Positions 51,429 through 64,000 of a stretch of 64,000 nt of DNA are shown here, one piece after another. The position numbers were made by a program, and so were the translations under genes. The DNA is from Octopus vulgaris. Lineage: Eukaryota. Position 1 is the first letter of the stretch; every line of letters begins with the position of its first letter. Below the pieces are notes generated by a model, which was not told where the DNA came from, did no database searches, and saw only the letters and a program-made list of their open reading frames with translations. The stretch is from positions 30,442,001 to 30,506,000 of the forward strand of contig OX597840.1 of assembly GCA_951406725.2 (NCBI GenBank). The letters run 5' to 3'.

Positions 51429-52774
51429 GAAAAAGTCCTGGAGATGCCGTAGAAGCCAAGCCACATCAGACTGGAACTTGGGTCAGCTCCCCAGTTTGCC
51501 TCGTCTGGTCAGACTATCCAACCCATGCCAGAATGGAAAACAGATGTTAACAGGTGATGATGATAATGATGATGATGCTGATGATATATATATATATATA
51601 TATGTATGTTGAAAAAACAAGTTACTCTTTTACTCTCTTACTTGTTTCAGTCATTTGACTGTGGCCATGCTGGAGCACCGTCTGTAGTTGAGCAAATCGA
51701 CTCCAGGACTTATTCTTTGAAGCCTAGTACTTATTCTATCTGTCTCTATTGCTGAACCACTAAGTTATGGGGATATAAACACACAAGCATTGGTTGTCAA
51801 GCGATGTTGGGGGGGGGGGACAAACACAGACGCACAAACACACACACACATACACACATATATATATATATATATATATATGATGGGCTTCTTTCAGTTT
51901 CCATCTACCAAATCCACTCACAAAGCATTGGTCGGCTCGAGGCTATAGTAGAAGACACTTGCCCAAGGTGCCACGCAGTGGGACTGAACCCGGAACCATG
52001 TGGTTCGTAAGCAAGCTACTTACCACACAGCCACTCCTATGCCTATGTGTTAATACATTGTACTTTTATCATCTTTTTTAAACAGTTTTAATTTAGCTTT
52101 AATCATAGCAAAGTTTTATAAAAATAGTTAATTACAAGTCTCCTTTTATTAGTTCCTATTTATAAAATTGTTTTTATTAATTACTGGTAAGTTTACATTA
52201 TAGCTTGTAAGGGTAATATATATTAATGAATATGTAGTGTTTTTATTATTAACTTTTGACTTATAAAATAATGTATTTCACTCATAATTATAATAATTAT
52301 TCATTAAATTCAATTGCGTCTTTTGTTTTGGAGAGAAATGAAATAAAGCTTTCACTTTCTGTTATTATAGTAGAAACTATGGAAGACTGGTAGGATTATT
52401 ATTGTTATGGACTTAAAGATTGGTCACTATTTAGTATATAGTTTAGTTATTATGGGTTTACTATTAATACTGATAGAGATGTACATAGATTTATGAGTTT
52501 CTTGTAGTTTAATTTTAAAGTTAGTGTTTAATCCAGCCTATATTTGATTGAATACTGTGGTACATAGGGTAAATGTGTTTGAAAGTTGTGTGTTTTGTTT
52601 TTTGGTATGTTTGTGCCCAAACAGCACGTCTTTTAGAGCTGCTGACACCACCAGATTCAGTGGTACTGCCCAGGTGTCGAAACCATAATGACATCCATGG
52701 GGCAGCTGATGATGGGGGTGTGTTGGTATGGCTGTTTTTATATATGGGGATTAGTGTTATAGCACATCATTTTG

Positions 52775-52819
<45 letters not shown>

Positions 52820-54314
52820 CTGTGTAAAAGCATCCGGTACACTCTGTACAGTGGCTGGTGTTAAGAAGGGCATCCAGCTGTATAAACCATGCCAAAACAG
52901 ATATGGAGTGTGAACAGCCTTTCAGCTGGTCAGCTCCTATTTCTTTACTACCCACAAGGGGCTAAACACAGAGGGGACAAACAAGGACAGACACACGGAT
53001 TAAGTTGATTATATCGGCCCCAGTGCATAACTGGTACTTATTTAATCGACCCCGAAAGGATGAAAGACAAAGTTGACCTCGGCGGAATTTGAACTCAGAA
53101 CGTAACGGCAGACGAAAAATACGACTACACATTTCGCCCGGCGTGCTAACGTTTCTGCCAGTTCGCCGCCTTCCAGCTAGTCAGCTCCTGTCAAACTGTC
53201 CAACCTATGCCTGCATGGAAAATGGACATTAAATGATGATGATGATGATGATGATGATGCTATATGCAGTTGTTTGCTCAAGGTGCCATGCAGTGGGACT
53301 GAACCCAGAATCACATGGCTGGGAAGCAAACTACTTATCCCTCACAGCCACGCCTGTGCTTATAACCATGCTTCCACCTGTTATATATGTGTGTGTGTGT
53401 GTGTGACAGAGAGAGTGTGTGTGTGTGTTTATAGAGGTATGTGTTTGGATTTGCATGTCTTGACATTGCATGACAGTTGTAAACGAGTGTCCCTGTCATC
53501 TAAGCAGAGTCAGTCATTTCCAATTTACTTGGAAACAGGTAAGGGTTGGCAACAGAGAGGGCATCCAACCAATGAAAAATCTACCTCATATAAATTCTGT
53601 CCAGCCGATGCAAGCTTGGAAAAGTGGACATTAAAGGTTGGCGATGATGGCTTGTCGCTGTGGTTTAGAGGCTTGCTTTGCAACCACACGGTTTCAGGTT
53701 CAGTCCCACAAAATGGCACTTACTACAACCTCAGTCTAACATATGCCTTGTCAATGAATTTGATAGACATGGCACCTGTGCCGGTGGCATGTGTAAAAAG
53801 ATTCGAGCGAGGTCGTTGCCAGTACTGTCTGACTGGCTCTTGTGCTGGTGACATGTAAAAGCATCCACTACACTCTCGGAGTGGTTGGCGTTAGGAAGGG
53901 CATCCAGCTGTAGAAACTCTGCCAGATCAAGATTGGAGCCTGGTGCAGCCGTCTGTTTCGCCAGCCCTCGGTCAAAATCGTCCAACCCATGCTAGCATGG
54001 AAAGCGGACATTAAACGGCAATGATGATGATGATGATGATGATGATACTGTGATGAAGTTGTCTCATATACATGAAGTCCATAAATTATCTTTACAACTT
54101 GAATAATTTAGAAAATAATGAAATATAAGGATAACTCAGCAAAGTTTATAAGAACACATAGGCAAAGAGATAAAGCTTTATTAAAACTATCAGAGCACTG
54201 CCACGTCAGCTTCAGTGGTTGGACGTATTTAATAGATACAAGGAATTGTGGAAGTTGTAAAGGTAATTTGTGAACATGTTGCATTCATGTATGTATTATG
54301 TGTGTGTGTGTGTG

Positions 54315-55100
54315 TGTGGTTTAGAGGTTAGGGAGTTGCATTCGTGATTGCAAGATTGTGGTTTCAATTCCCAGACCAGGCGTTGCATCGTGTTTTTTAG
54401 CAAAACACTTCATTTCTTATTGCTCTGCGATCATTTCGTCATCTGGCGTGTGGCACGTTGTACACCTGTACAGGTAATGCTGATTTAATGGAGGAAATGA
54501 GCTTATGTGAACACAATATATTTCTTTATTGCCCACAGGGGGCTAAACACAGAGGGGACAAACAAGGACAAACAAACGGATTAAGTCAATTACATCGACC
54601 CCAGTGCGTAACTGGTACTTAATTTATCGACCCCAAAAGGATGAAAGGCAAAGTCGACCTCGACGGAATTTGAACTCAGAACGTAACGGCAGCAGAAATA
54701 TCGCTAAGCATTTCGCCCGGCGTTCTAACCATTCTGCCAGCTCGCTGCTATAGACAAACCATCTGTGTTGTTGTTTAGCAAGAAATCACAGAACCTTCAT
54801 ACATTGCCAAAGAATGGGGAGTCCATGATACATACAATATAGATGCTTGTGTGAGTGAGTGTGTGAAGGTGCTTGCCTTAATGCTTAAGGTGTTGCACTC
54901 AAGATTACAAGATCAAGGGTTCGATTCCAAGACTAGGTGTTCCATTGTGTTCCTGAGCAATGCATTTCATTTCACGTTGTTCTGTGATAATTTCATTGTG
55001 TTACATGTGGCACATGATTCACCTGTACAGGTAATATCGATTTGATATTTCATCACTATAAACAAATCCTCTGTGTTCTTGTTTAGCAAGAAATTGCAGA
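54315..55100 (+). mobile_element. Two diverged copies of a further tRNA-derived SINE, the first interrupted by a family B SINE
   Basis: gttgca.tc...att.caagat....ggtt..att motif at about 54335 and 54890 with shared cacctgtacaggtaat and gtttagcaagaaat. Confidence 0.6.
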
Positions 55101-55908
55101 AACCTTACTCTTTCTTTACTCTATTACTCTCTTTTACTTGTTTCAGTCATTTGACTGCGGCCATGCTGGAGCACCGCCTTTTAGTCGAGCAAATCGACCC
55201 CGGGACTTATTCTTTGTAAGCCCAGTACTTATTCTATCGGTCTCTTTTGCTGAACCGTTAAGTGACATGGATGTAAACACACCAGCATCGGTTGTCAAGC
55301 AATGCTAGGGGGACAAACACAGACACACAAACACACACACATACATATATATATACATATATACGACAGGCTTCTTTCAGTTTCCGTCTACCAAATCCAC
55401 TCACAAGGCTTTGGTCGGCCCGGGGCTATAGCAGAAGACACTTGCCCAAGATGCCACGCAGTGGGACTGAACCCAGAACCATGTGGTTGGTTAGCAAGCT
55501 ACTTACCACGCAGCCACTCCTGCACCCTTATACATCATTTAAAGACAGGAGAGTCCATGGTGTATGTACTTACATATATATGCATGTACACACACATACA
55601 CATTACACACACACACATATATATATATACACAAGGCAATTACAATGGATATGGAGTTTAGTACTTTTGCAGGTGTGCTAATCTGCATATTCATTATAAT
55701 TGTCTTAGATATATACACCTGGTAAAATATCGATAATCCAGCAAAGTAAACCTAGGATTTATCCATCAGATGACACACATGGAGATTACTTATCTGAAGT
55801 AATCCTTGGTGTTCCTTACAACTCAATGCGGTTAGCCATGACTTGGATTATAACCGAGTGCCTGGATAATTTCTCCCTATCTATTCATCATATACATACA
55901 TAAATATA

Positions 55909-56281
55909 TCTCTCTCTATATAAACGGCAGTTTGTCTGTGCGTTTTCTGTGTGTCTGTTTTCTCGTACCCTCACTCTGACCACGGCTTTCAACCGATTCT
56001 GATGAAACTTGACACACACATAGCCCAATGTCATAATTCAAAACTAACGCAGCGAAAATTTTGAAAAGTTCCCCCAGTTCTGAAAAAGATCGATAAATTC
56101 GACATGGGGTCGAGAATCAGAAACCCAAACCACAGACCGTCTAGGGGACGCAACTCCACCTTTTTTAACTCTGAAAAAAAATTTACCATCATTTTTTTTC
56201 TATTTTTTGGCTATAACTCTCTAAAAATGCTTTATAGTTATTTCCCTTACAAACCTGAGCAACGCCGGGCGATACTGCTAG
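55909..56281 (+). mobile_element. Non-autonomous Helitron, second subfamily
   Basis: TC start after A; 3' end cctgagcaacgccgggcgatactgctag|t nearly identical to that of 464-857; internal sequence differs. Confidence 0.8.
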
Positions 56282-57516
56282 TCTATATATATACATATAT
56301 AGAATTATAAATAAAGAGAGAAATATACTATGCTAAAATGTTAAGAAGCATTCCATCCATCTTTACGTTCTGAGTTCAAATCCAACCAAAGTCTACAGAA
56401 TCCTTTCATCGCTGAATCCTTTCACAGTCTGTAAGAGTCCTTCAAGCTCTTCATCATCTTTGCCATATACTCTTTTACTCTTTTTTACTTGTTTCAGTCA
56501 TTTGACTGTGGCCATACTGGAGCACCACCTTTTCAGTCGAGCAAATCGACCCCCAGGACTTATTCTTTTGTAAGCCTAGTACTTATTCTATCGGTCTCTT
56601 TTTGCTGAACCGCTAAGTTACGGGGATGTATACACACCAGCATCGGTTGTCAAGCAATGTTGGGGGGACAAACACAGACACACACAAACATATATATATA
56701 TATATATATATATCATCATCATCATCATCATCATCATCGTTTAGCGTCCGCTTTCCATGCTGGCATGGGTTGGACGGTGCAACTGGGGTCTGGGAAGCCA
56801 GGGGCTGCACCAGGCTCCAGTCTGATCTGGCAATGTTTCTATGGCTGGATGCCCTTCCTAACGCCAACCACTCCATGAGTGTAGTGGGTGCTTTTTACAT
56901 GCCACCTTCACAGGTGCCAGACAAGTCTAGCGAATGACCATGGTCGGATAGTGCTTTTTCCGTGCCACCAGCACTGATATCACAGCGACAATTTCCATTC
57001 ATGTTGATCAATTTTGATTTTTGATTTTTTCCATTTTTGATTTTTTGATTTTTTGATTTTTTGATATATATATATATATATATATAAATATATATATATA
57101 TATGACGGGCTTCTTTCAGTTTCCGTCTACCAAATCCACTCACAAGGCTTTGGTCGGCCCAAGGCTATAGGAGAAGACACTTGCCCAAGGTGCCACGCAG
57201 TGGGATTGAACCCAGAACCATACTTTTAAATCATCCATATAAAATACATGGCTTATTTTCCTGTTTTCAGTTTTGTAGCCATACCCTGTTCTATTCAATT
57301 CACTTGAGAGTTGCATTAGGGCTATGCAGAAACACAGGAGAAATTTTGAAAATGTCCAGCGATTTCAGAATCCACAAATGTGGTATGCTGTCAAAGGCTT
57401 TTTCATAATCAATCCATGAAGAGCTGAAATCTCTGTGCTTGTTATGGCAGTTCTCAAGGATCATGCGATTAATTAGGAGCTGATCTGTGCATGCGTATGA
57501 GCCTCAACTACATCCT

Positions 57517-57520
<4 letters not shown>

Positions 57521-57554
<34 letters not shown>

Positions 57555-57739
57555 CATCATTATTATTATTATTATTATCATCATTATTATTATCATCATT
57601 ATTATTATTATCATTATTATTATTATCATTATTATTATTATTATTATTATCATCATTATTATTATCATCATTATTATTATCATCATTATTATTATTATCA
57701 TTATTATTATTATTATTATTATCATCATTATTATTATCA

Positions 57740-57779
<40 letters not shown>

Positions 57780-58090
57780 CATCATTATTATTATCATCAT
57801 TATTATTATCATCATTATTATTATTATCATTATTATTATTATCATTATTATTATTATTATTATTATTATCATCATTATTATTATCATCATTATTATTATT
57901 ATTATTATTATTATCATCATTATTATTATCATCATTATTATCATCATTATTATTATTATTATTATTATTATCATCATTATTATTATCATCATTATTATTA
58001 TCATCATTATTATTATCATCATTATTATTATCATCATTATTATTATTATCATTATTATTATTATTATTATTATCATCATTATTATCATCA

Positions 58091-58136
<46 letters not shown>

Positions 58137-58273
58137 CATCATTATTATTATCATCATTATTATTATCATCATTATTATTATTATCATTATTATTATTATT
58201 ATTATTATCATCATTATTATTATCATCATTATTATTATTATCATTATTATTATTATTACTATTATTATTATTA
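57521..58273. repeat. (ATT/ATC)n microsatellite of about 750 bp
   Basis: Seen directly; explains the poly-Ile/Leu ORFs. Confidence 0.97.
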
Positions 58274-58707
58274 AGGTGGTGAGCTGAGTGGCATTTCGCC
58301 TGTCGCTACATTCTGAGTTGAAATTCCACCAATGTAGCCTTTGTGGTGAGCTGGCAGAACTGTTAGCACGCCGGGCGAAATGCTTTGCGGCATTTCGTCT
58401 GCCGTTACATTCTAAGATCAAATTCCGCCGAGGTCGACTTTGCCTTTCATCTTTTCAGGGTTGATTAAATAAGTACCTGTTACGCACTGGGCTTGATATA
58501 ATCGACTTAATCTGTTTGTCTGTTCTTGTTTGTCATCTCTGTGTTTAGCCCCTTGTGGGTAGTAAAGAAAAAAAGAAAAAAAAGGTAGCCTTTGCCTTTC
58601 GTCCTTTTGGGGTTGATAAATTAAGTACCAGTGAAACACTGGGGTCAATGTAATCAGCTAGTCCTCTCCCCACCAAAATTTTAGGCCTTGTGCCTTTACT
58701 AGAAAGG

Positions 58708-58742
<35 letters not shown>

Positions 58743-58750
58743 CATCATCA

Positions 58751-58814
<64 letters not shown>

Positions 58815-59990
58815 GGTGGCAAGCTGGCAGAATTGTTAGCACACCAGGCAAAATGCATAGCAGCATTCCATCTGCAGCTACCTTCTGAGTTCAAATTCTG
58901 CCAAGGTCAGCTTTGCTTCTCATCCTTTCAGGATCGATAAATCAAGTGCCAGTTATGTACTGGAGTCAATGTAATTGACTATCCCCCTCCCCATCCCCAA
59001 ATTCCAGGCCCTTTACCTTTAGTAAAAAGGATTATTATTATTAAATCGAATTGAACCAGCCAGGATCCCTGGTCTGATTGTACGTAAAAAGCACTATCCG
59101 ACTCGTGGCCGTGGCACGTAAAATACTCCAATGCGACCGTACGACAAGCACCCATGCCAACCCCCTTTGCTTGTGAAGACATGTTGGGGCAAGCGAAATC
59201 GAAATCGAATTGAACCAGCCAGGATCCCTGGTCTGATGGTACGTAAAAAGCACTATCCGACTCGTGGCCGATGCCAGCACCGCCTCGACTGGCTTCCGTG
59301 CCGGTGGCACATAAAATACACCAATCTGACCGTGGCCGTTGCCAGCCTCGCCTGGCACCTGTGCAGGTGACACGTAAAAAGCACCCACTACACTCACGGA
59401 GTGGTTGGCGTTAGGAAGGGCATCCAGCTGTAGAAACATTGCCAGATTAGACTGGAGCCTGGTGCAGCCTTCTGGCTTCCCAGATCCCCGGTCGAACTGT
59501 CCAACCCATGCTAGCATGGAGAACGGACGTTAAACGATGATGATGATGATGAATTATTATTATTATTTTTATTATCATTACTAAGGTGCCAAGCTGGTAG
59601 AATTGTTAACGTGTTGAGTAAAATGCTTAGCGGTGTTTCATCCATTTGTATATTCTGATCTTGACTTTGTCTTTCATTCTTTTGGGATTGATAAAATAAG
59701 TACCTGTTACGTACTGGGGGTTTGATGTATTTGATTTACCCACCTCCCTTGAAATTGCTGTCCCTATATCAAAATTTGAAAACCATTATTAATCTAATAT
59801 CTAAGGCTTGGAATCATGATATTTGAAAAAATGATATTTTGATGCAAAGACTTAGATTAGAATAACGTAGATTACCGAAAACCTGAAGTTCGTTTTGCAG
59901 AACCAGGTGGGCGGTGGGAGGGGGAGAAGGGGTCTTTGGCAGGCTGGTTTCAAAAGGCTTAATCAAGACTAACCTGAGGTGAAACAACGC

Positions 59991-60032
<42 letters not shown>

Positions 60033-60269
60033 CTTCAAATCAGAATTTTCTCTTTTACCAAAAATCCATCGTATTTCGAAGCCCATTTCCATCTGAATCT
60101 GCCAGAATCACTCTCCTTTTTTTCTTTTATTTATTTACTTTTTATTGTTAAAAGAATTATTGCATTGCATCTCGAAGACTTCATGCTGCCTTCCTTCATT
60201 TACTGCTATAGAAACCCCCTTTTTGTCCCCCCCTTTTTTTGTTTTGTTTGTATCCTTTTTTTGCTGTTG

Positions 60270-60405
60270 TTGATGTTGTTGTTGTCCTCCTTCCTCTCCA
60301 TCTTCTCTTTCTTCCCTCTTCTTCTTCCATTTCTTCTTCTGATTCTTCTCTTCCTTTCTCCTTTTCATCGTTGTTGTCTTCTTTTTCTTCTTCTTCTTCT
60401 TCTTC

Positions 60406-60443
<38 letters not shown>

Positions 60444-60890
60444 TTCCTCCTTCTTTTTCTTCTTCTCCTTCTTTTTCTTCTTCTTTCACCTCCTTTTTTT
60501 CTTCTCCTTCTTCTTCTTTTTTCTTCTTCTTCATCTTCTTCTTCAACTTCTTCTTCATCTTCATCTTCTTCTTCTTCTTCTTCTTCATCTCCTACTTCTT
60601 CTCCTTCTTTTTTTTCTTCTTCTTCTTCTTCATATTCATCTCCTTCTTCTTCTTCTTCTCCTCCTTCTAATTCTTCTTCTTCTTCTTCTTCATCTCCTCC
60701 TTCCAATTCTTCTCCTCCTTCTAATTCTTCTTCTTCTTCTTCTTCTTCTTCTTCTTCTTCTTCTTCTTCTTCTTTTTCTTCTTCTCCTTCCAACCAATAT
60801 TACATACATCAGTAAGATTTTGCTGACGTTTATTTGCTCCAAGTTCTTCTTCTTCTTCTTCTTCTTCTTCTTCTTCTTCTTCTTCTTCCC
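60270..60890. repeat. (CTT)n-rich pyrimidine microsatellite
   Basis: Seen directly. Confidence 0.92.
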
Positions 60891-60923
60891 GATGTATCTA
60901 TGCTGGAATTCATGTTCACTCAC

Positions 60924-60991
60924 CTGCAAAGACGTATAGAAATTTAGAAATCGCAGGGAAATTTTGTTTCTGGCTTGAAACTTGTACGTGC
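60924..60991 (-). other. Candidate 68-nt exon of an antisense or nested transcript
   Basis: - strand: long pyrimidine tract ...ctttttctttgactctttttgcag | 68 nt | CAG-gtgagt donor; unique sequence between two microsatellites. Confidence 0.5.
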
Positions 60992-61129
60992 CTGCAAAAA
61001 GAGTCAAAGAAAAAGAGAAAAAAAAAGAGAAATAGTCTCTTGTTGCCATCTACATTACCGAATTAGTAATGCTTTAAAGTTACTCAGAACTAAAAACAAA
61101 CAACAACAGAAGCAGCACTGACAACAACG

Positions 61130-61210
61130 AAGATAATAATAATAATAATAATGATAATAATAATAATAATAATAATGATAATAATAATGATAATAGTAAT
61201 AATGATAATA

Positions 61211-61254
<44 letters not shown>

Positions 61255-61423
61255 AATAATAATAATGATAATAATAATAATGATAATAATAATAACAATG
61301 ATAATAATAATGATGATAATAATAATAATAATAACAATAATAATAATAATAATAATAATGATAATAACAATGATAATGATAATAATGATAATAACAATGA
61401 TAATAATAATAATAATAATAATG

Positions 61424-61469
<46 letters not shown>

Positions 61470-61501
61470 TAATAATGATAATGATAATGATAATAACAAT
61501 G

Positions 61502-61547
<46 letters not shown>

Positions 61548-61590
61548 TAATAGCAATGATAATAATGATAATAATAATAAAAATAATAAT
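61130..61590. repeat. (AAT/GAT)n microsatellite
   Basis: Seen directly. Confidence 0.95.
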
Positions 61591-63165
61591 GCATAAATGC
61601 CTGAAATAAAAACAAATATTGGATAACAAACCTATATAAAACAATTCTACGAAAATAAGTTTTAAAAGAAATGAAATAAAACTTTCTCAAAATCAATTCT
61701 TCAAACTGCAAATAAATAAATTAATAATAATAACAATAATAAGCATGGTAGTACACTATAAAAGCCAGACTTGTACCTACCACGTAGTAGTTCACTGAAC
61801 TGAATGTAACATAGTAAAGTTACGTGAAAAGTTTGATGGTGCACAGGTTATAACAACACCACGAGGTTGAGTTAAACTTTTTTCATTGCTTTCATGTGTA
61901 CCAATTGGAATTGGTAGGCAGGTAGGTAGGTAGGTAGGTAGGTAGAGAGGTAGGAGGAGACTTTGTCTGTTGCTTGTGTAGTAGGAGGAAAAGGTGGTGA
62001 TGGAACTGAAGTGGGTAGACAGGGTCAACTATTCCTTTTGATGTACTACGTAACTGTAATATATCGATTTTATTTCTGTCCACCTTTTTTCAATAACTAA
62101 ACCAAAATGAAAATCGATCTTTTATGCAATCAAAAGAAATTTACACTATCATAGATTTTATTATTATTGTTATTTAGCCCTCGGATTAGCAATGATCCAG
62201 CAGAACTATGATAAGATAAAAGGGTTTCCAACAGTAGCCAGCACAATTTTTCTTCTTTTCTTCCAACCGTTGACTACATTATTTGAAAGATCCAAGGGGC
62301 AGGGAAGGGGTTAAAATTCCCTGTTTTCTTTTCTATTATTTATATTTTATGGCTGGATGCTTTTCGAGTTGTCTTACCTGCGTTTTCAAATAAAGGATAT
62401 TTTTAAAATATTTTTCCGCAGGTCTTTGAAAGCACAGAGCTACAGGTCATAATGTCAACAAGTTTTGTCAACAACATTGTATCTTCTATGTTCGTCACTA
62501 CTTCGCTCTAGTGGTGACGAACATGGAATATATAAACATTGACACACACTTATTGCATGTATGTCCATGCACTCACACACACACACACACACACTTGGAA
62601 CAGCATTATTAGTTGATCAAACAGAATCCAAAATAATTGACTAGCGTTGGTCTGTGTCAGCAAGACTTGCATTACTAAGTAAAAGTGAAAAAAACGAGTA
62701 CACTGAACTTGCTCTGACGAGTGTAAAATTAAACTTTTTAGATGGAGTCCTTCTTCAAAGAAAAAGCTGATGACAGAGAAATTAATGAGAGACAGCAGAA
62801 ATTTTATATCTTCTAAGTTAGAAAAACTGGTTCTCTCTCACCAATTTTCTCTCTCCTACTATTCACTGTCTGTGTATGCTTGAAGCTCCTGTAGTCTAAT
62901 GTTCCTCATCAGCTGCAGCCAGTTCAATTTTGATGTCTGTTATTAACACTCTCTCTCCTGTAAGATTTTCCCCCTGAGGACTCTGTCTAAGATATTGGAT
63001 CTTTTCATTCCTCACAAGTCCACTGTGCTTTTTCATTGATGTTATGTACGTGTGTGTGTGTTTGTGTATGTGCGTGTGCGTTCGTGCATGCGTGTGTGTG
63101 GGGGTGTCACATAGAATGAAATAAAGTGTCTTGCTCAAAGTCACAATGTGCTACCAGGGAATATA

Positions 63166-63198
<33 letters not shown>

Positions 63199-64000
63199 GT
63201 GTATATGTATATGTATATGGGGGGGCGCATTGGCCCAGTGGTTAGGGCAGCAGACTCGCGGTCGTAGGATTGCGGTTTCGATTCCCAGACCGGGCGTTGT
63301 GAGTGTTTATTGAGCGAAAACACCTAAAGCTCCACGAGGCTCCTGCTGGGGGTGGTGGCGATCCCTGCTGTACTCTTTTGCCACAACTTTCTCTCACTCT
63401 TTCTTCTGTTGGCCTGCATGCTTAGCCAGCGGGGGGAGGGGGGGTCATTTGAAGGCTAAAACAATGCGAAGCGCATTGTGACCAGCGATGTGTAGCAACA
63501 TCTGATAGCCTGGTCGGTCACAGTGATATATATATGTATATATAAATGTATATATAAATGTATATAAATGTATATATATACCTATATACCTATATCATCA
63601 TCATCACAGGAGCGAGTCAGTGGGTACTGGCGTTGGTTACAATCAGTTGGTGCTTTTTACATGTTATCAGCACGGGAGCTAGCCAGGTGCACTGGCCTCA
63701 GCTACGTTATTTGTTTTACTTGACTCAACAGGTCTTCTTAAGCATATCATATCGCCCAACGCATCAGGGGTACCCTTAACTGGGCCGGACATGAATGGCT
63801 ATGATGCCAGTACCCTCTGACTGGCACTAAACATCTATACAAAATGCTTTCTGAATACAAACAGTGTTACATATATATATATATATGTGTGTGTGTGTGT
63901 ATATATATATAATATATATATCGATGGTATGAGAGGTATTAATGTCACAAAGACCCAAAGGTTTCAGGTGGTGGAAGCACTCCGTCGGTTACGACGACGA

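Noticed and set aside
52600-52770. Candidate next + exon (ARLLELLTPPDSVVLPRC...) or HYR-like - strand peptide (TPIISCPMDVIMVSTPG)
   Set aside because: No Ig or FN3 consensus and only a weak donor; the - frame stops immediately; adjacent - strand sequence (ISISINSKPIITKLYTK) hints at a decayed retroelement. Unresolved.
62372-62380. Strong - strand donor CAG|gtaaga
   Set aside because: Lies beside a ggctggatgc repeat-like remnant; no matching exon start found.
62483-62528. 18-bp stem hairpin as a miRNA precursor
   Set aside because: Stem too short for a typical pre-miRNA and no supporting evidence in the sequence.

Overview
Repeat-saturated, AT-rich animal genomic DNA. The SINE and microsatellite content looks like an octopus/coleoid cephalopod genome (my inference from recalled repeat families, not a database result). 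Nearly all ORFs in the supplied track are microsatellite or repeat artefacts. The only well-supported host coding sequence is three + strand exons (16088-16378, 26597-26750, 44678-44796; canonical AG/GT sites, compatible phases 1-1-2-1) that splice into two consecutive I-set Ig domains of a large cell-adhesion/receptor-type gene whose ends were not found. The rest is apparently intron, filled with at least four SINE-like families, mariner/Tc1 relics and MITEs, two non-autonomous Helitrons, RTE/BovB-like and HERO-like LINE ends, and a Penelope-like RT fossil. Most notable: (1) hammerhead-ribozyme-like motifs with one extra core nucleotide, in three unrelated sequence contexts and all found on the gene's sense strand; (2) a five-copy LINE 3'-end concatemer inside one apparent target-site duplication; (3) a perfect 62-bp foldback just upstream of an exon; (4) a possible spliced antisense transcript near 60-62 kb; (5) a microsatellite that appears to have grown out of the catalytic DD codons of a dead RT. 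No prokaryotic systems, CRISPR arrays, rRNA or genuine tRNA genes were found. Repeat boundaries are approximate unless termini are quoted.
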